From positions 15,604 to 66,506 of the forward strand of contig JBBAPZ010000009.1 of assembly GCA_040400605.1 (NCBI GenBank): 50,903 nt of DNA, given 5' to 3'. The notes below the pieces were generated by a model. The model was not told the DNA's origin and did no database searches. It was given only the letters and a program-made list of their open reading frames with translations. The translations under genes and the position numbers were made by a program. Origin of the DNA: Candidatus Sericytochromatia bacterium. GTDB taxonomy: Bacteria; Cyanobacteriota; Sericytochromatia; S15B-MN24; JAQBPE01. Positions 27,552-36,730 of this stretch are shown here, in pieces; within the stretch, counting starts at the first letter, position 1, and every line of letters begins with the position of its first letter.

Positions 27552-28634
27552 ATGTCCTCGTGTATTTATCACGACTTTGAAGCGGTTGCCATTTGTCCAT
27601 CCTGCGACTTCGGTGTTTGTCAGACGTGTTTGGATGAAGGTGAGAACGGCGTATGTTCAACCTGTATGGAAGAGCAACGTAGCCGAGATGCAGCACGGGT
27701 GGTCAAGTCTCAAGATGAGATGACTGAGGGAAGGCGGTGTCACTACTGTCGTGTTGCCGAGGATGCTGAGACGCGCTTGGACCATCACGGTTACTGTGAA
27801 ACGTGTGGGGTATTGAACCGTTGTCACGTTCACGAAGAGGCGATCGCCATTGGCCATTGCAAAAGTTGTCGGCGCGAATACTGTCGCAAGTGTCTCGGTT
27901 TCGCCGATGTCTGTCAGACATGCACGGCACAAAAGAAAACCAAGCCTTTGCAGGCGCCGCCGCAGCCTGTTGCCAAAAACGGTTCGACCAAGCCAGTGAG
28001 CAAAAAGTCCGAGAAGACGGCTGCGACCAAAACACCTGTTGCAACGGCTTCGCCAACAGAGCGCAAATCTTCAGGCAAAACAGAAACCGCGGCCAAAGCC
28101 GCTTCAGGTGGGATTTCCATCAAGGTAAGTGGGCAAACACAAACCAAGGCTGCGCCAGGAAGCAGTGGTGCAGGCGGAGAAGGGAAACCACGCTCAAAAC
28201 AAGAGCTTGACAAGGAGGCCTCCGCCAAACCGGCGGCTCGGCGTCGGTTGCCGATTATGCTTGCTGCATCGGTTTTGTTGATGGTAGGCGTTTTAATCTA
28301 CAGTGGTGTTTTGTTTGGTGGTGCTCCCGCGGGAAAAGACCTGCCGATGGATGAGCAAATGAAGAGCGTCCATCGGGGTGTCGTGGGATTCACACGTAAG
28401 TACCGGCGTGTCCCGCGTAGCTTGAGCGAGTTACAAGAGGCGGTGAACCTGGAATTGGGTGGACAGGCAGGAATCAGTCTGTCCATCAAAAAGACGACGC
28501 AGGCCAAAACGGTGATTTACCAGCAGAGTGGCAATGGCTACGTCATCACGGCGACGGATGAACACGGCGGTCCCGTGATTCTTAAAGGTATACCGATTCG
28601 TTTGGATCAGTATTCAGACACCTCAAACCAATGA
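27552..28634 (+). CDS. Membrane protein with two B-box-like Zn fingers and a C-terminal pilin-like domain
   Basis: CxxH..AVAICxxC...CxxC...CxxC occurs twice, plus a further Cys/His cluster. A Lys/Ala-rich linker leads to one TM helix and a C-terminal domain ending GYVITATD. Confidence 0.75.
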   Translation: MSSCIYHDFEAVAICPSCDFGVCQTCLDEGENGVCSTCMEEQRSRDAARVVKSQDEMTEGRRCHYCRVAEDAETRLDHHGYCETCGVLNRCHVHEEAIAIGHCKSCRREYCRKCLGFADVCQTCTAQKKTKPLQAPPQPVAKNGSTKPVSKKSEKTAATKTPVATASPTERKSSGKTETAAKAASGGISIKVSGQTQTKAAPGSSGAGGEGKPRSKQELDKEASAKPAARRRLPIMLAASVLLMVGVLIYSGVLFGGAPAGKDLPMDEQMKSVHRGVVGFTRKYRRVPRSLSELQEAVNLELGGQAGISLSIKKTTQAKTVIYQQSGNGYVITATDEHGGPVILKGIPIRLDQYSDTSNQ

Positions 28635-28691
28635 ACCGGGGATTCCCACCTCAGGCAAATGACGCATCCAGTGGGCGTTATCGAGCAAAGC

Positions 28692-28795
28692 GTCGATTGG
28701 CGAGGGAATCGTGGTTGTTAATAAATAACAGCGCGTGAGTGCTTGGTGTTTTGAATCTGCGACGCAGTTTTTGAACAGAAACCTGTCCGTCACTG
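28692..28795 (+). repeat. Copy of the intergenic repeat unit
   Basis: TAAATAACAGC-N14-TGTTTTGA-N18-GAACA-N11-GTCACTG aligns without gaps to 36855-36958. Confidence 0.88.
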
Positions 28796-28819
28796 GATGG
28801 AACGACTGTGTCGAGGGTA

Positions 28820-29797
28820 TCACAAGGGTTGTGAGGCGCGATTGAGGCGATCACGCACCGCGAGCCAAGGGTCGGTCGGAGGCGGTGCTTCCACGAGAAT
28901 TTGATCCGGTTGCGCCGCCGAGAGCGTATGCAAGGCGGCATAGAACGCTCTGGCGTAGTCCTCGGGGTGAGCGGATAAACGCACTGTCAAAGGCCCTTTT
29001 AACTCATCCGGGCAAGGCGAATAGTGAATGACGGCGGCACGTCGGCCGTGACGCTGAGCCGATGCCAAGTCATGCCATAATGCCTCTGTATGCAAGACGC
29101 CAAGTGGTGCATCCGGCGCGTAGTGACGCGGGGCTTGGCCAGGTGAGGGCAAGGGTTGTGCAGGCTCTGTTCCGGAAACCAGAACGAGATCGGGTAACAA
29201 TTCCCGCAAAGCCGCGAGAGGGACGCCTCCCGGTCGCAGCATCCGGGGTGGTGAGACGGTCAAATCGACCACCGTGGACTCCAATCCAACCTGAGTGGGG
29301 CCAGCATCAAGAATCCACTTGATTGCTTGGCCCAATCCTTGACGCACATGCTCAGCCGAAGTTGGGGAAACCGCCATGTAGGGATTGGCGCTCGGTGCGG
29401 CGACTGGAACGCCCGCTGCCCGAATCAGCGCCAATGCAACCGGATGAGCGGGCATACGCAACGCAACCGCATCCAACCCGGCCGTGATGAGATCAGGTAT
29501 GCGTTCATGTCGCGGCACAACCAAGGTCAACGGGCCAGGCCAGAAAGCCGCTGCGAGACGCTCAGCCAATGCAGGCCACTCCGACGCGCACGATCGCGCC
29601 ATGGCGAGACTGTCAACGTGAACGATCAACGGGTTGGATGGCGGCCGCCTTTTGACCGCGAAGACGCGGCGAATCGCGTCCGGATTCGTCGCGTCACAGG
29701 CGAGACCGTAGACCGTTTCGGTTGGCATGGCAACAAGTTCACCAGCCCGCAATGCCCGTCCCGCCTCAAGGATCTCGGTATCCGTCGGCCTCGTCAT
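28820..29797 (-). CDS. tsaC: L-threonylcarbamoyladenylate synthase (SUA5 type)
   Basis: VAMPTETVYGL, KRRPPSNPLIVH, FWPGPLT, AAPSAN, GLESTVVD and SPGQAPRHYAP, with a SUA5 C-terminal domain. Alternative GTG start at 29809. Confidence 0.95.
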   Translation of the reverse strand: MTRPTDTEILEAGRALRAGELVAMPTETVYGLACDATNPDAIRRVFAVKRRPPSNPLIVHVDSLAMARSCASEWPALAERLAAAFWPGPLTLVVPRHERIPDLITAGLDAVALRMPAHPVALALIRAAGVPVAAPSANPYMAVSPTSAEHVRQGLGQAIKWILDAGPTQVGLESTVVDLTVSPPRMLRPGGVPLAALRELLPDLVLVSGTEPAQPLPSPGQAPRHYAPDAPLGVLHTEALWHDLASAQRHGRRAAVIHYSPCPDELKGPLTVRLSAHPEDYARAFYAALHTLSAAQPDQILVEAPPPTDPWLAVRDRLNRASQPL

Positions 29798-29832
29798 GGT
29801 GATGCGCACCCCTTTGATTAACGCTGTGGCGT

Positions 29833-30726
29833 CTAAAGCTGTGACGGCGAGTGCGTCAAAGGTGCGGGCGAAACCGCTGTTGGCGCGTGGAAAGCGGCGT
29901 AGACGTTGCGAGCGATGATGGCTGACTCGGAAGCTTGGGGGTGACGGGGGTCAAATTCAACCCAATCACTGGAAACGAACTGAAGCGTCGCCCGGCGCAA
30001 GCCACGGACCAAATCGGCTGCTTCGTCGGGCGTCAAGCCATCTGGAACCGGTGTTCCCGTTGCATGGAAATACTCTTGTGAGATCGCATCAAAATCGAAA
30101 CTCAGGTGCGTCGGAACGCCTGCCAAGCGTTCGGCGATCTCCTGGCAGACCACATCAACGCCCCTTTCGCGCAACTCTGCGACACTGATTTGCCGTATAC
30201 CTTGCTTTGTGAGGAGCACCTGTTCTTCCGGATCAACCGCACGCGCTGCAATCAGGACCACATCTTGGGCACGTACCGGGCGGTCAATTAAACTTGTCAA
30301 ACGTGGATCACCCAAGCCACAAGCGGCGGAAAGCGGCATGCCGTGCGGGTTGCCCGTCGGCGACGATTCGAATGTATTGAAATCGGCATGGGCATCAATC
30401 CACACGACACCGATCCGGCCAAAATGCGCGATCGATCCGGCCATCGACCCGATGGCCAATGAATGATCCCCCCCAATCAAAACCGGCTCCTGGTCCGCCT
30501 GATGCGCAGCCAGACTCGCCGCCTTGATCTCCGAAGCCATCACGCCAACGGCCTCAAAGATTGCCTTGGAATATCCAGGTTCAGGCAAAGGAGACGACAC
30601 ATTCACACAGTTCAAAGCGGCCTCAAACCACAGGGGTGGCAGCAGAACACCAGGGGAAAGGCCCCCGGGCTGACTGTGCGCCAACACGTGACACCGGGGT
30701 AACAGCACTTTTTGTTCTCTTGTCAT
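29833..30726 (-). CDS. Arginase / ureohydrolase family protein
   Basis: GGDHS, WIDAHADFNT, SPTGNPHGMP, HLSFDFD and ATGTPVPDGL motifs. Alternative start at 30768. Confidence 0.9.
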   Translation of the reverse strand: MTREQKVLLPRCHVLAHSQPGGLSPGVLLPPLWFEAALNCVNVSSPLPEPGYSKAIFEAVGVMASEIKAASLAAHQADQEPVLIGGDHSLAIGSMAGSIAHFGRIGVVWIDAHADFNTFESSPTGNPHGMPLSAACGLGDPRLTSLIDRPVRAQDVVLIAARAVDPEEQVLLTKQGIRQISVAELRERGVDVVCQEIAERLAGVPTHLSFDFDAISQEYFHATGTPVPDGLTPDEAADLVRGLRRATLQFVSSDWVEFDPRHPQASESAIIARNVYAAFHAPTAVSPAPLTHSPSQL

Positions 30727-30774
30727 CACCAATTCCCGCACACCGTTGTGAAGGTTACACACCGTCATATCAAC

Positions 30775-31470
30775 CTAACCCAGGCGCAAAACACCCGTTT
30801 CGCGGGCCAGCACCAATTCATAACTGCTGGCATCCGGATCCGGCGGATCCATATACACAACACTCAAATATTTGTGGCTCGGGTCTTCCCGGTCAAGATT
30901 CACGGTAACCACCCGGTCAGCATGTTGCCGAATGGTCGCTGAAATGGTCCGTCCCTCCGCCAGTTGAGAAAACAAAATAACCGGGGCATCGCACAACTGT
31001 GCGATCGCTCGCAGATCCGCCATGATCGCGATCGCCGCGTCATGGCCATCCAGTTCCACATGTGGCGATTTCAACGACTGCAAGTCATTGACCAAAATAA
31101 GCGCGGGAACCCCGTGCTGTGCGACGAAATCCTGAGCAAACTCTGACAGCCACCCACTTGATGGATTCGGCACATCCACAATCGTCAGCGGCAAGTCAGC
31201 CACCACCGTGAGATCCACCGCACCCTCGTCAGTTGCCAAATTCTTTGCCAAACGAGCCACAATGACTTCTTTGGGCGTCACCGGCGAATAATACAAAACC
31301 CGTTCTCCCAACGCACCGGCGACGTGCGCCGCCAAATTGAGACTCAAACAGGTTTTCCCTACCGTTGGAGGCGCCCCCACCAACACAAGACCGTTGGACA
31401 AATCATCAAACGCAGGCCCCAGCAAGCGCTGATAAGCAGTGGATACCGAAAACGACGAACTCACATCCAT
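30775..31470 (-). CDS. Stand-alone DnaB-like C-terminal (RecA-fold) ATPase domain protein
   Basis: LVLVGAPPTVGKT (Walker A), LILVNDLQSL (cf. DnaB IxDYLQL), PVILFSQL and IRQHADRV. Only 231 aa. Confidence 0.75.
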   Translation of the reverse strand: MDVSSSFSVSTAYQRLLGPAFDDLSNGLVLVGAPPTVGKTCLSLNLAAHVAGALGERVLYYSPVTPKEVIVARLAKNLATDEGAVDLTVVADLPLTIVDVPNPSSGWLSEFAQDFVAQHGVPALILVNDLQSLKSPHVELDGHDAAIAIMADLRAIAQLCDAPVILFSQLAEGRTISATIRQHADRVVTVNLDREDPSHKYLSVVYMDPPDPDASSYELVLARETGVLRLG

Positions 31471-31527
31471 TCTCCTGAACGCAAAAACGTGATCGTGAGT
31501 CCAACCGGACGCACTGCCCCAAAAAAT

Positions 31528-31536
31528 ATCATAACA
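31528..31536 (-). promoter_or_regulatory. Extended -10 promoter (TGTTATGAT)
   Basis: Identical to the tyrS upstream 9-mer. It lies about 58 nt upstream of the DnaB-like gene. Confidence 0.4.
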
Positions 31537-31818
31537 CGGGCTTGCGCGCTACGCCGCCAAGCAGTGTGTGCTCCCACCAACGCCCGAGCCTTCACTTGAC
31601 GCGCCAAGTCAAAGCAGGCCATGTTATGTAGGACTTAACACGAAACCGATTGCGTGGCCAGATGTTGTTTATTAAGAAATGATCGGATAAACGGGCCCCA
31701 ATCATTCCACTCAACCGTGCGCTTATTCTGCAGTATTAGGGGAAACCATCAAAATGCATTCCCAAGCGCACCCAAACCCCATCCGCCCGACCCCCGACCG
31801 TCAAATTCGGAGTTTGCC

Positions 31819-32289
31819 TTGAATATCCCTCCCGCCGAGTCCTTCCGGGGCACGCCCCCCAATGTGAAAAAAATCAAAGAGAACCTGGCGGACAGTTGGC
31901 CGCTTTGGGAGGCCGTTGTCGGAATGGTAAAGGATTGCGGCGCGACGTGGCGGTGGATCCATTCAGACAAGCTGTCAACCTGGCATTATCGCGCGTACCT
32001 GCCAGGTGAACGCTTCTTTGTGGCATTGACCCACGTGGTGCCGCTTGAGGTCAGCTTGAACCTGTTTGAGTCTGAGTGGGATTTCATCGCGGCAGCCGAT
32101 GCGCGCGAGGCAAAACGGCTGGAGGCGCTCCGACAGGCAGCCCTTGATTCCGGGAAAGTTCCGGCGTGGCTGCACGTACCAATCGTTGTGGAAGCAGACC
32201 TCGCACTACTGGCCAAACTCCTGCTGGCCAGGGGGCGCAGGCAAGAGGTTCCGCGCCGCAAGTCCCGAGGACGAAGCGCGCGCGCGTGA
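31819..32289 (+). CDS. Hypothetical protein, DUF3788-like
   Basis: The pattern PP...IKENL..SWPLW...W...W.YR...FF...AWL.VPI resembles DUF3788. TTG start with a GGAG RBS; the ORF is open from 31654. Confidence 0.6.
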   Translation: MNIPPAESFRGTPPNVKKIKENLADSWPLWEAVVGMVKDCGATWRWIHSDKLSTWHYRAYLPGERFFVALTHVVPLEVSLNLFESEWDFIAAADAREAKRLEALRQAALDSGKVPAWLHVPIVVEADLALLAKLLLARGRRQEVPRRKSRGRSARA

Positions 32290-32344
32290 GCAGGCCCAAG
32301 ACGAACGATGATGTCCCCAAGCGAAGGTCAGACGCAAGCGCCTG

Positions 32345-33025
32345 TTATTCCAGCGCTTTGCGCAAATAGTTGCTGATCGAGGTCACCCACTGCTCAGGGG
32401 TATCCATCACAGAAATGCGCCGAATGGCTTTTTGCTCAGTGGTCTTTGCAAACTCAGAAAACTTTACCAACTTGAATGCATCACGGGCAAGTTCACGCCC
32501 AACCCGGCCATCAATCGTTGCCCACTTACCAACCGCACCTTCAAGCACATCGTGCCGTTCCCCAAGCGGAAACAATGCAAACGCGACCTGCCGCGTCTTG
32601 ACAATCTCCTTCACGACATTGAAAGCCTCCGGCGCAGACTGCGCAAGCGCCGTCGCTTGCCGAAACGCAGGCGTAATCACCGCCGCATTATCGGGATGAT
32701 AACGCGCCGATAAATCCGTCGCAAACCGCGCCACCTCCAAAGCCTCCGCCGTCACGACACTCGCATCCAACGCCCGCCGCAATGGCCCTGTTGCATCCGC
32801 ATAATTGCCGTTCTGCTTCATGAAACGTGACACATCCTTCATCGCCTCACCAAAACCAGGACTCAGCGTGCGTGCCGACGTTGCCTGCACCGAACGCCAG
32901 GCATCGCCACCAAGCTTGGCTGCCGCCGCCCGGGACTCACCCATCGGAAGCCGATCAGGCAAAAAATGCGCCGCCGCAAGTTGAACGCGCTGCATCGATG
33001 CTTGAAGTCCGCCCAAAAAGTTCAC
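32345..33025 (-). CDS. Hypothetical alpha-helical protein
   Basis: 226-aa ORF with a GTG start and a strong AAAGGAGG RBS. No recognised family. Confidence 0.75.
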   Translation of the reverse strand: MNFLGGLQASMQRVQLAAAHFLPDRLPMGESRAAAAKLGGDAWRSVQATSARTLSPGFGEAMKDVSRFMKQNGNYADATGPLRRALDASVVTAEALEVARFATDLSARYHPDNAAVITPAFRQATALAQSAPEAFNVVKEIVKTRQVAFALFPLGERHDVLEGAVGKWATIDGRVGRELARDAFKLVKFSEFAKTTEQKAIRRISVMDTPEQWVTSISNYLRKALE

Positions 33026-33121
33026 GGTTACGCCTCCTTTACAGAGATTTATCCGGCCGCATTACCTGAAACTTCTTATCAAAGATTTATCAATCAATTA
33101 AAAATTGATTAATAATCGCGA

Positions 33122-33235
33122 GTCACGATGGCGCAATAAGTGCAAACTGCGCGTTGCAAGCGACGTTAACCCATCGTGTCTGTGCTGTTTGCCATTCGAG
33201 AGATGTCCGTGGCGCTTGGTTCTGTTTGTTGACAC
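33122..33235 (+). repeat. Copy of the intergenic repeat unit (junction and 5' block)
   Basis: GTCACGATGGCGCAATAAG...GCAAAC..TTGCAAGC...GTGCTGTTTGCCATTCG...GTCCGTGGCGCTTGGT...GTTGACAC. It has 17-nt and 16-nt exact matches to the copy at 36748-36958. Confidence 0.88.
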
Positions 33236-33275
33236 GCCAGTGTCTCGATGGTCCTCTCCGTACGTCAGTGCCAGG

Positions 33276-33644
33276 TCAGGTGGAGGTATTGAGTTCTCCG
33301 AGCACCCGTGCCAATTTCTCGAGTTGAGCCACTTCGGTGATGAGCATTTCCTGGTGTTTGCGCACATCCCTAGCCAGTGTGCGCTCTTCGTCGGTATCGT
33401 CATCGCGGAAGGTGCCACCCAGTCTCGCGAGACCGGCAGCGTCGCCAAGGGTTTGCCTGAGCCATTTGCGATTCAGGAGCGTCCAGTTCGCACGTTGCAC
33501 TTGCGCCTGGTTCAATTCGTGTTCATTTCCGGGTACACTCGCAAGCAGCTGCCGCCCCGCTTCGATGCGCGCGCGGAGGTGTAACAGTATTGTTTCTTTC
33601 GAACGCCTCTCAGTTTCGTCGAGTGTCACAGTCACTCCCGTCAT
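33276..33644 (-). CDS. Hypothetical protein (122 aa, helical)
   Basis: Clean ORF with protein-like composition filling the gap between flanking genes. No family recognised. Confidence 0.65.
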   Translation of the reverse strand: MTGVTVTLDETERRSKETILLHLRARIEAGRQLLASVPGNEHELNQAQVQRANWTLLNRKWLRQTLGDAAGLARLGGTFRDDDTDEERTLARDVRKHQEMLITEVAQLEKLARVLGELNTST

Positions 33645-34045
33645 CGCTTACCACTGACATTCATGCAGATACCCCTTGTCCAGGCTCTTCAAACGATCAC
33701 AGGAACCACTTAGATTGACCGATCGGGCTGCCGGATTCTGGGACCATCATGACGCAAAAAGACCACGCAATGTTGCCAACGGCCGCCGAATGTTAAAAAT
33801 ATTAATTAAACAATCGGTCGATCTGATGGCTGGACGATCACAGAGGGGATTGGGTCAACAGAGCAGGCTGCCTCGGTGTCGCAGAATCGAGAGAACTGTG
33901 CTTCGAGGGTCAATGACCGGTTTACGGACGAACGATACATCCACTGGATGGACGAGCAGACCCAGCGATCGACTGTGTGGGGTTGTTCAGACCTTGCCAG
34001 GCTAACAAAGCCTGGGTACGATCGCAAAGTCGGGAGGTTTACGCG

Positions 34046-35302
34046 ATGAGAATCAATTCGTTCAGGCGACTACTCTGTCTTGGCTTGGGTTTGCTGCTTG
34101 TCTTGCCTGCCACCGCGCGCGCCGAAGTGACCTCGGATGCAATGCCGTACGTGACGGTATCAGACATTCACGGCAAAACGATTCGTTTGTCGCGGCTGAT
34201 CATGGGTACGGACCATTTGGGCAAGGTGCCCTTGTCACAGACGCTGGAAGTTTTGGATGAGGCAGCTCGTTTGGGGATTAACGCTTTTGACACGGCACCG
34301 ATTTATGCGAATGACATCGAAGCCAAATTGGGACAGTGGGTCCAAAGACAACAACGAAACGATTTGCACGTCATTACCAAGGGTGGCTTTCCGCATGACC
34401 GCGGACCGGGTACTTACGAGAGTCGTCTCCGGGGTAGTCGGGAGCAAATTGTTCGCAACATCCGTGAGGAAGTGAGCGCTTCGCATCGTAGGCTCCCCCG
34501 TGGCATTGCGATTTACCTGATGCACCGGGATGATGCGGATTTCAACCGTTATCAGCGCGTCAAGCGCGCGCAAACACCAGTCACCACCATCCTTGATGCG
34601 TTGTCGGATCCACAGCTTCGTTCGTATTACGGGATGATTGGGGTATCCAATTGGCATACCGAACGCGTCAACCAAGCCAAGTTGGCGGCTGCCAGTCGAC
34701 CGGATCGGCTCCAGCCATTGTTTAACAGCCCGTATTTCTCGCTGTTTGAGATGGGTCAGACAACGATCCACTCGGGCGGTGTTCAAGTGACGCATGCGGA
34801 CCTGATGAATCCGGGGTTTCAGCCAGGTGTGCACTTGATGACTTATTCGCCGCTGGGGGGATTTTCAATCGTGCGACCCGGCTGGGAAGCGGCACGAGCG
34901 CGTGCCCTTTCCTTGCAAAAAACTCAGGACCGCTATTGGGGTCACGTTGCCGAAGCACTTTTTCATCCAGCCAATGCGCGACGTTATGCGCGGGCCAAGG
35001 CTTTCACCCAAGGCTTTAATCGGACACACCGGACGACCTACACGTTGGATCAGATGCTGAATGCGTATGTAATGGCCCATCCGCGTGCAGATTTTGTGGT
35101 GATTGGTCCGCGCACCGTGGAACAATTGCGTCGCACGGTACAGGCGTTGGCGTTGGCCAAGGATCTTCGACGCGGGGATCTGGATTACCTGTATGACGGT
35201 GCTGTTCCGAGTCCCGTAACAGCCAAAGGTGCCTTGCTCCCATCCGGTTCCGCAAACGGAGTGCCAACCAAGAAATCAGGAGTCGAATTTGCAGTTCACT
35301 GA
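34046..35302 (+). CDS. Aldo/keto reductase with an N-terminal export signal
   Basis: SRLIMGT, GINAFDTAPIY, VITKGG, IYLMHRDD, IGVSNW, YSPLGG and IGPRTVEQL. N-terminus SFRRLLCLGLGLLLVLPATARA. GGGAGG RBS. Confidence 0.88.
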   Translation: MRINSFRRLLCLGLGLLLVLPATARAEVTSDAMPYVTVSDIHGKTIRLSRLIMGTDHLGKVPLSQTLEVLDEAARLGINAFDTAPIYANDIEAKLGQWVQRQQRNDLHVITKGGFPHDRGPGTYESRLRGSREQIVRNIREEVSASHRRLPRGIAIYLMHRDDADFNRYQRVKRAQTPVTTILDALSDPQLRSYYGMIGVSNWHTERVNQAKLAAASRPDRLQPLFNSPYFSLFEMGQTTIHSGGVQVTHADLMNPGFQPGVHLMTYSPLGGFSIVRPGWEAARARALSLQKTQDRYWGHVAEALFHPANARRYARAKAFTQGFNRTHRTTYTLDQMLNAYVMAHPRADFVVIGPRTVEQLRRTVQALALAKDLRRGDLDYLYDGAVPSPVTAKGALLPSGSANGVPTKKSGVEFAVH

Positions 35303-36686
35303 TCAAGACTGGGCGACGTGTTTGGATATCCTGCAATTTTTGGCGGAGCATCCGGAGCACCCCCGAAGCGATCGGCTCAATGGCCTGATTGCCAAAATCT
35401 ACCGCGAGGGCAAGCGTTACGATCGCCGCGAAGCCAAGCGCCAGCAACTGGAAGCGGATCGCACATTGCGGGCTACCACAGCGATGGTTCAGATTCAGCG
35501 GGATGCGATCACCCAGGAAAACGTGGCCTTGCCTCCGGCCAGCACCACAAAAAGACGGTTGAACACGCCAGACACCTGTTACATTTGCAAGCAAACCTTT
35601 GTCGATGTGCACTTTTTTTATCACTTGTTGTGCCCGACTTGTGCCACTTTCAATTACCAAATGCGCGACCTGCACTGTGATTTGACGGGGCGAACGGCCT
35701 TGGTCACCGGCGGACGGGTCAAAATCGGTCATCAAATGGTATTGCGTCTCTTGCGTGATGGTGCGCGGGTGCTTGTCGTCACGCGATTTCCGCACGCGGC
35801 AGCCTTGCGCCTCGATGCGGAACCCGACGCCGCCCAGTGGCGCGATCGCCTGCACATCTATGGCCTCGATTTGCGAAACATTCCAGCGGTTGAACAGTTC
35901 GCAGCCCACCTCAACCAAACCGAAAAAGCGCTCGATATCGTGATTCACAATGCAGCGCAAACCATTCGCCGTCCGCCGGGATTTTATGCGGAACTGGTCG
36001 CGCAGGAACGCGAGCTGGCGGCACGCTTGCCTGCCGGGATCAAACGGTTGATCGCTTCCGAAGTCGATGGCAACTACCTGAACGATCTCGCAGATGGCCG
36101 CCCGGCCCTGCCGGGCGTTCAAGGTGTGATGCCTGTCGTCAAAGACGTTTTGCCGGCCGACCGTCTGCTCGACCACGAAGAACGTGCGGATTCGCGGGAT
36201 GTCAACAGTTGGCTGTTGCGCCTGGATGACGTCTCGGCGCCGGAAATGCTCGAAGTTCAACTGGTCAATGCGATCGCTCCGTTTGTCCTCAACGCTCGCC
36301 TCAAACCGTTGCTGATGCGCGCTACCGCCGAACGCCGTTTCATTGTCAACGTCTCCGCGATGGAAGGACAATTCTCGCGCCACAAAACCATTTTCCACCC
36401 CCACACGAACATGGCCAAAGCCGCCCTCAACATGATGACCCGAACCTCAGCCGAAGACTACGCCAACGACGGCATCTACATGACCAGCGTCGATACCGGA
36501 TGGGTCACCGATGAAAACCCCGCCCCCAAACGTGAACGCGGACAGCAGGAACGGGCCTTTTTTCCCCCCTTGGATATCGCTGATGGCATGGCCCGCATCT
36601 ATCATCCGATCGCCTACGGCATCTCCCATCCCGACACCCCCCACTTCGGTGTATTTTTGAAAGACTATGCCCCTTGCCCTTGGTGA
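35289..36686 (+). CDS. SDR-family oxidoreductase with an N-terminal Zn-finger
   Basis: CYICK...LCPTC, ALVTGGRVKIG, NAAQT, NVSAMEG, HTNMAKAALNM and VDTGWVTDE. TTG start with an AGGAG RBS overlapping the AKR end. Confidence 0.9.
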   Translation: MQFTDQDWATCLDILQFLAEHPEHPRSDRLNGLIAKIYREGKRYDRREAKRQQLEADRTLRATTAMVQIQRDAITQENVALPPASTTKRRLNTPDTCYICKQTFVDVHFFYHLLCPTCATFNYQMRDLHCDLTGRTALVTGGRVKIGHQMVLRLLRDGARVLVVTRFPHAAALRLDAEPDAAQWRDRLHIYGLDLRNIPAVEQFAAHLNQTEKALDIVIHNAAQTIRRPPGFYAELVAQERELAARLPAGIKRLIASEVDGNYLNDLADGRPALPGVQGVMPVVKDVLPADRLLDHEERADSRDVNSWLLRLDDVSAPEMLEVQLVNAIAPFVLNARLKPLLMRATAERRFIVNVSAMEGQFSRHKTIFHPHTNMAKAALNMMTRTSAEDYANDGIYMTSVDTGWVTDENPAPKRERGQQERAFFPPLDIADGMARIYHPIAYGISHPDTPHFGVFLKDYAPCPW

Positions 36687-36730
36687 ATGCTGGTTCAAAA
36701 AGGGCCTGAAACAAGCCCTGTACAGGAACG

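Noticed and set aside
28623..28823. The intergenic repeat as a coding family (e.g. VTDRFLFKNCVADSKH versus VTHRFLFKTDAARSKH)
   Set aside because: Some substitutions look synonymous, but other copies have in-frame stops and non-triplet indels, and the alternative frame has a conserved TAA. It is not currently coding, although descent from a decayed gene cannot be excluded.
35016..36404. 462-aa minus-strand ORF (similarly 11602-12777, 23932-24576, 48624-49496)
   Set aside because: These are antisense to genes with clear family motifs and have no recognisable domains.
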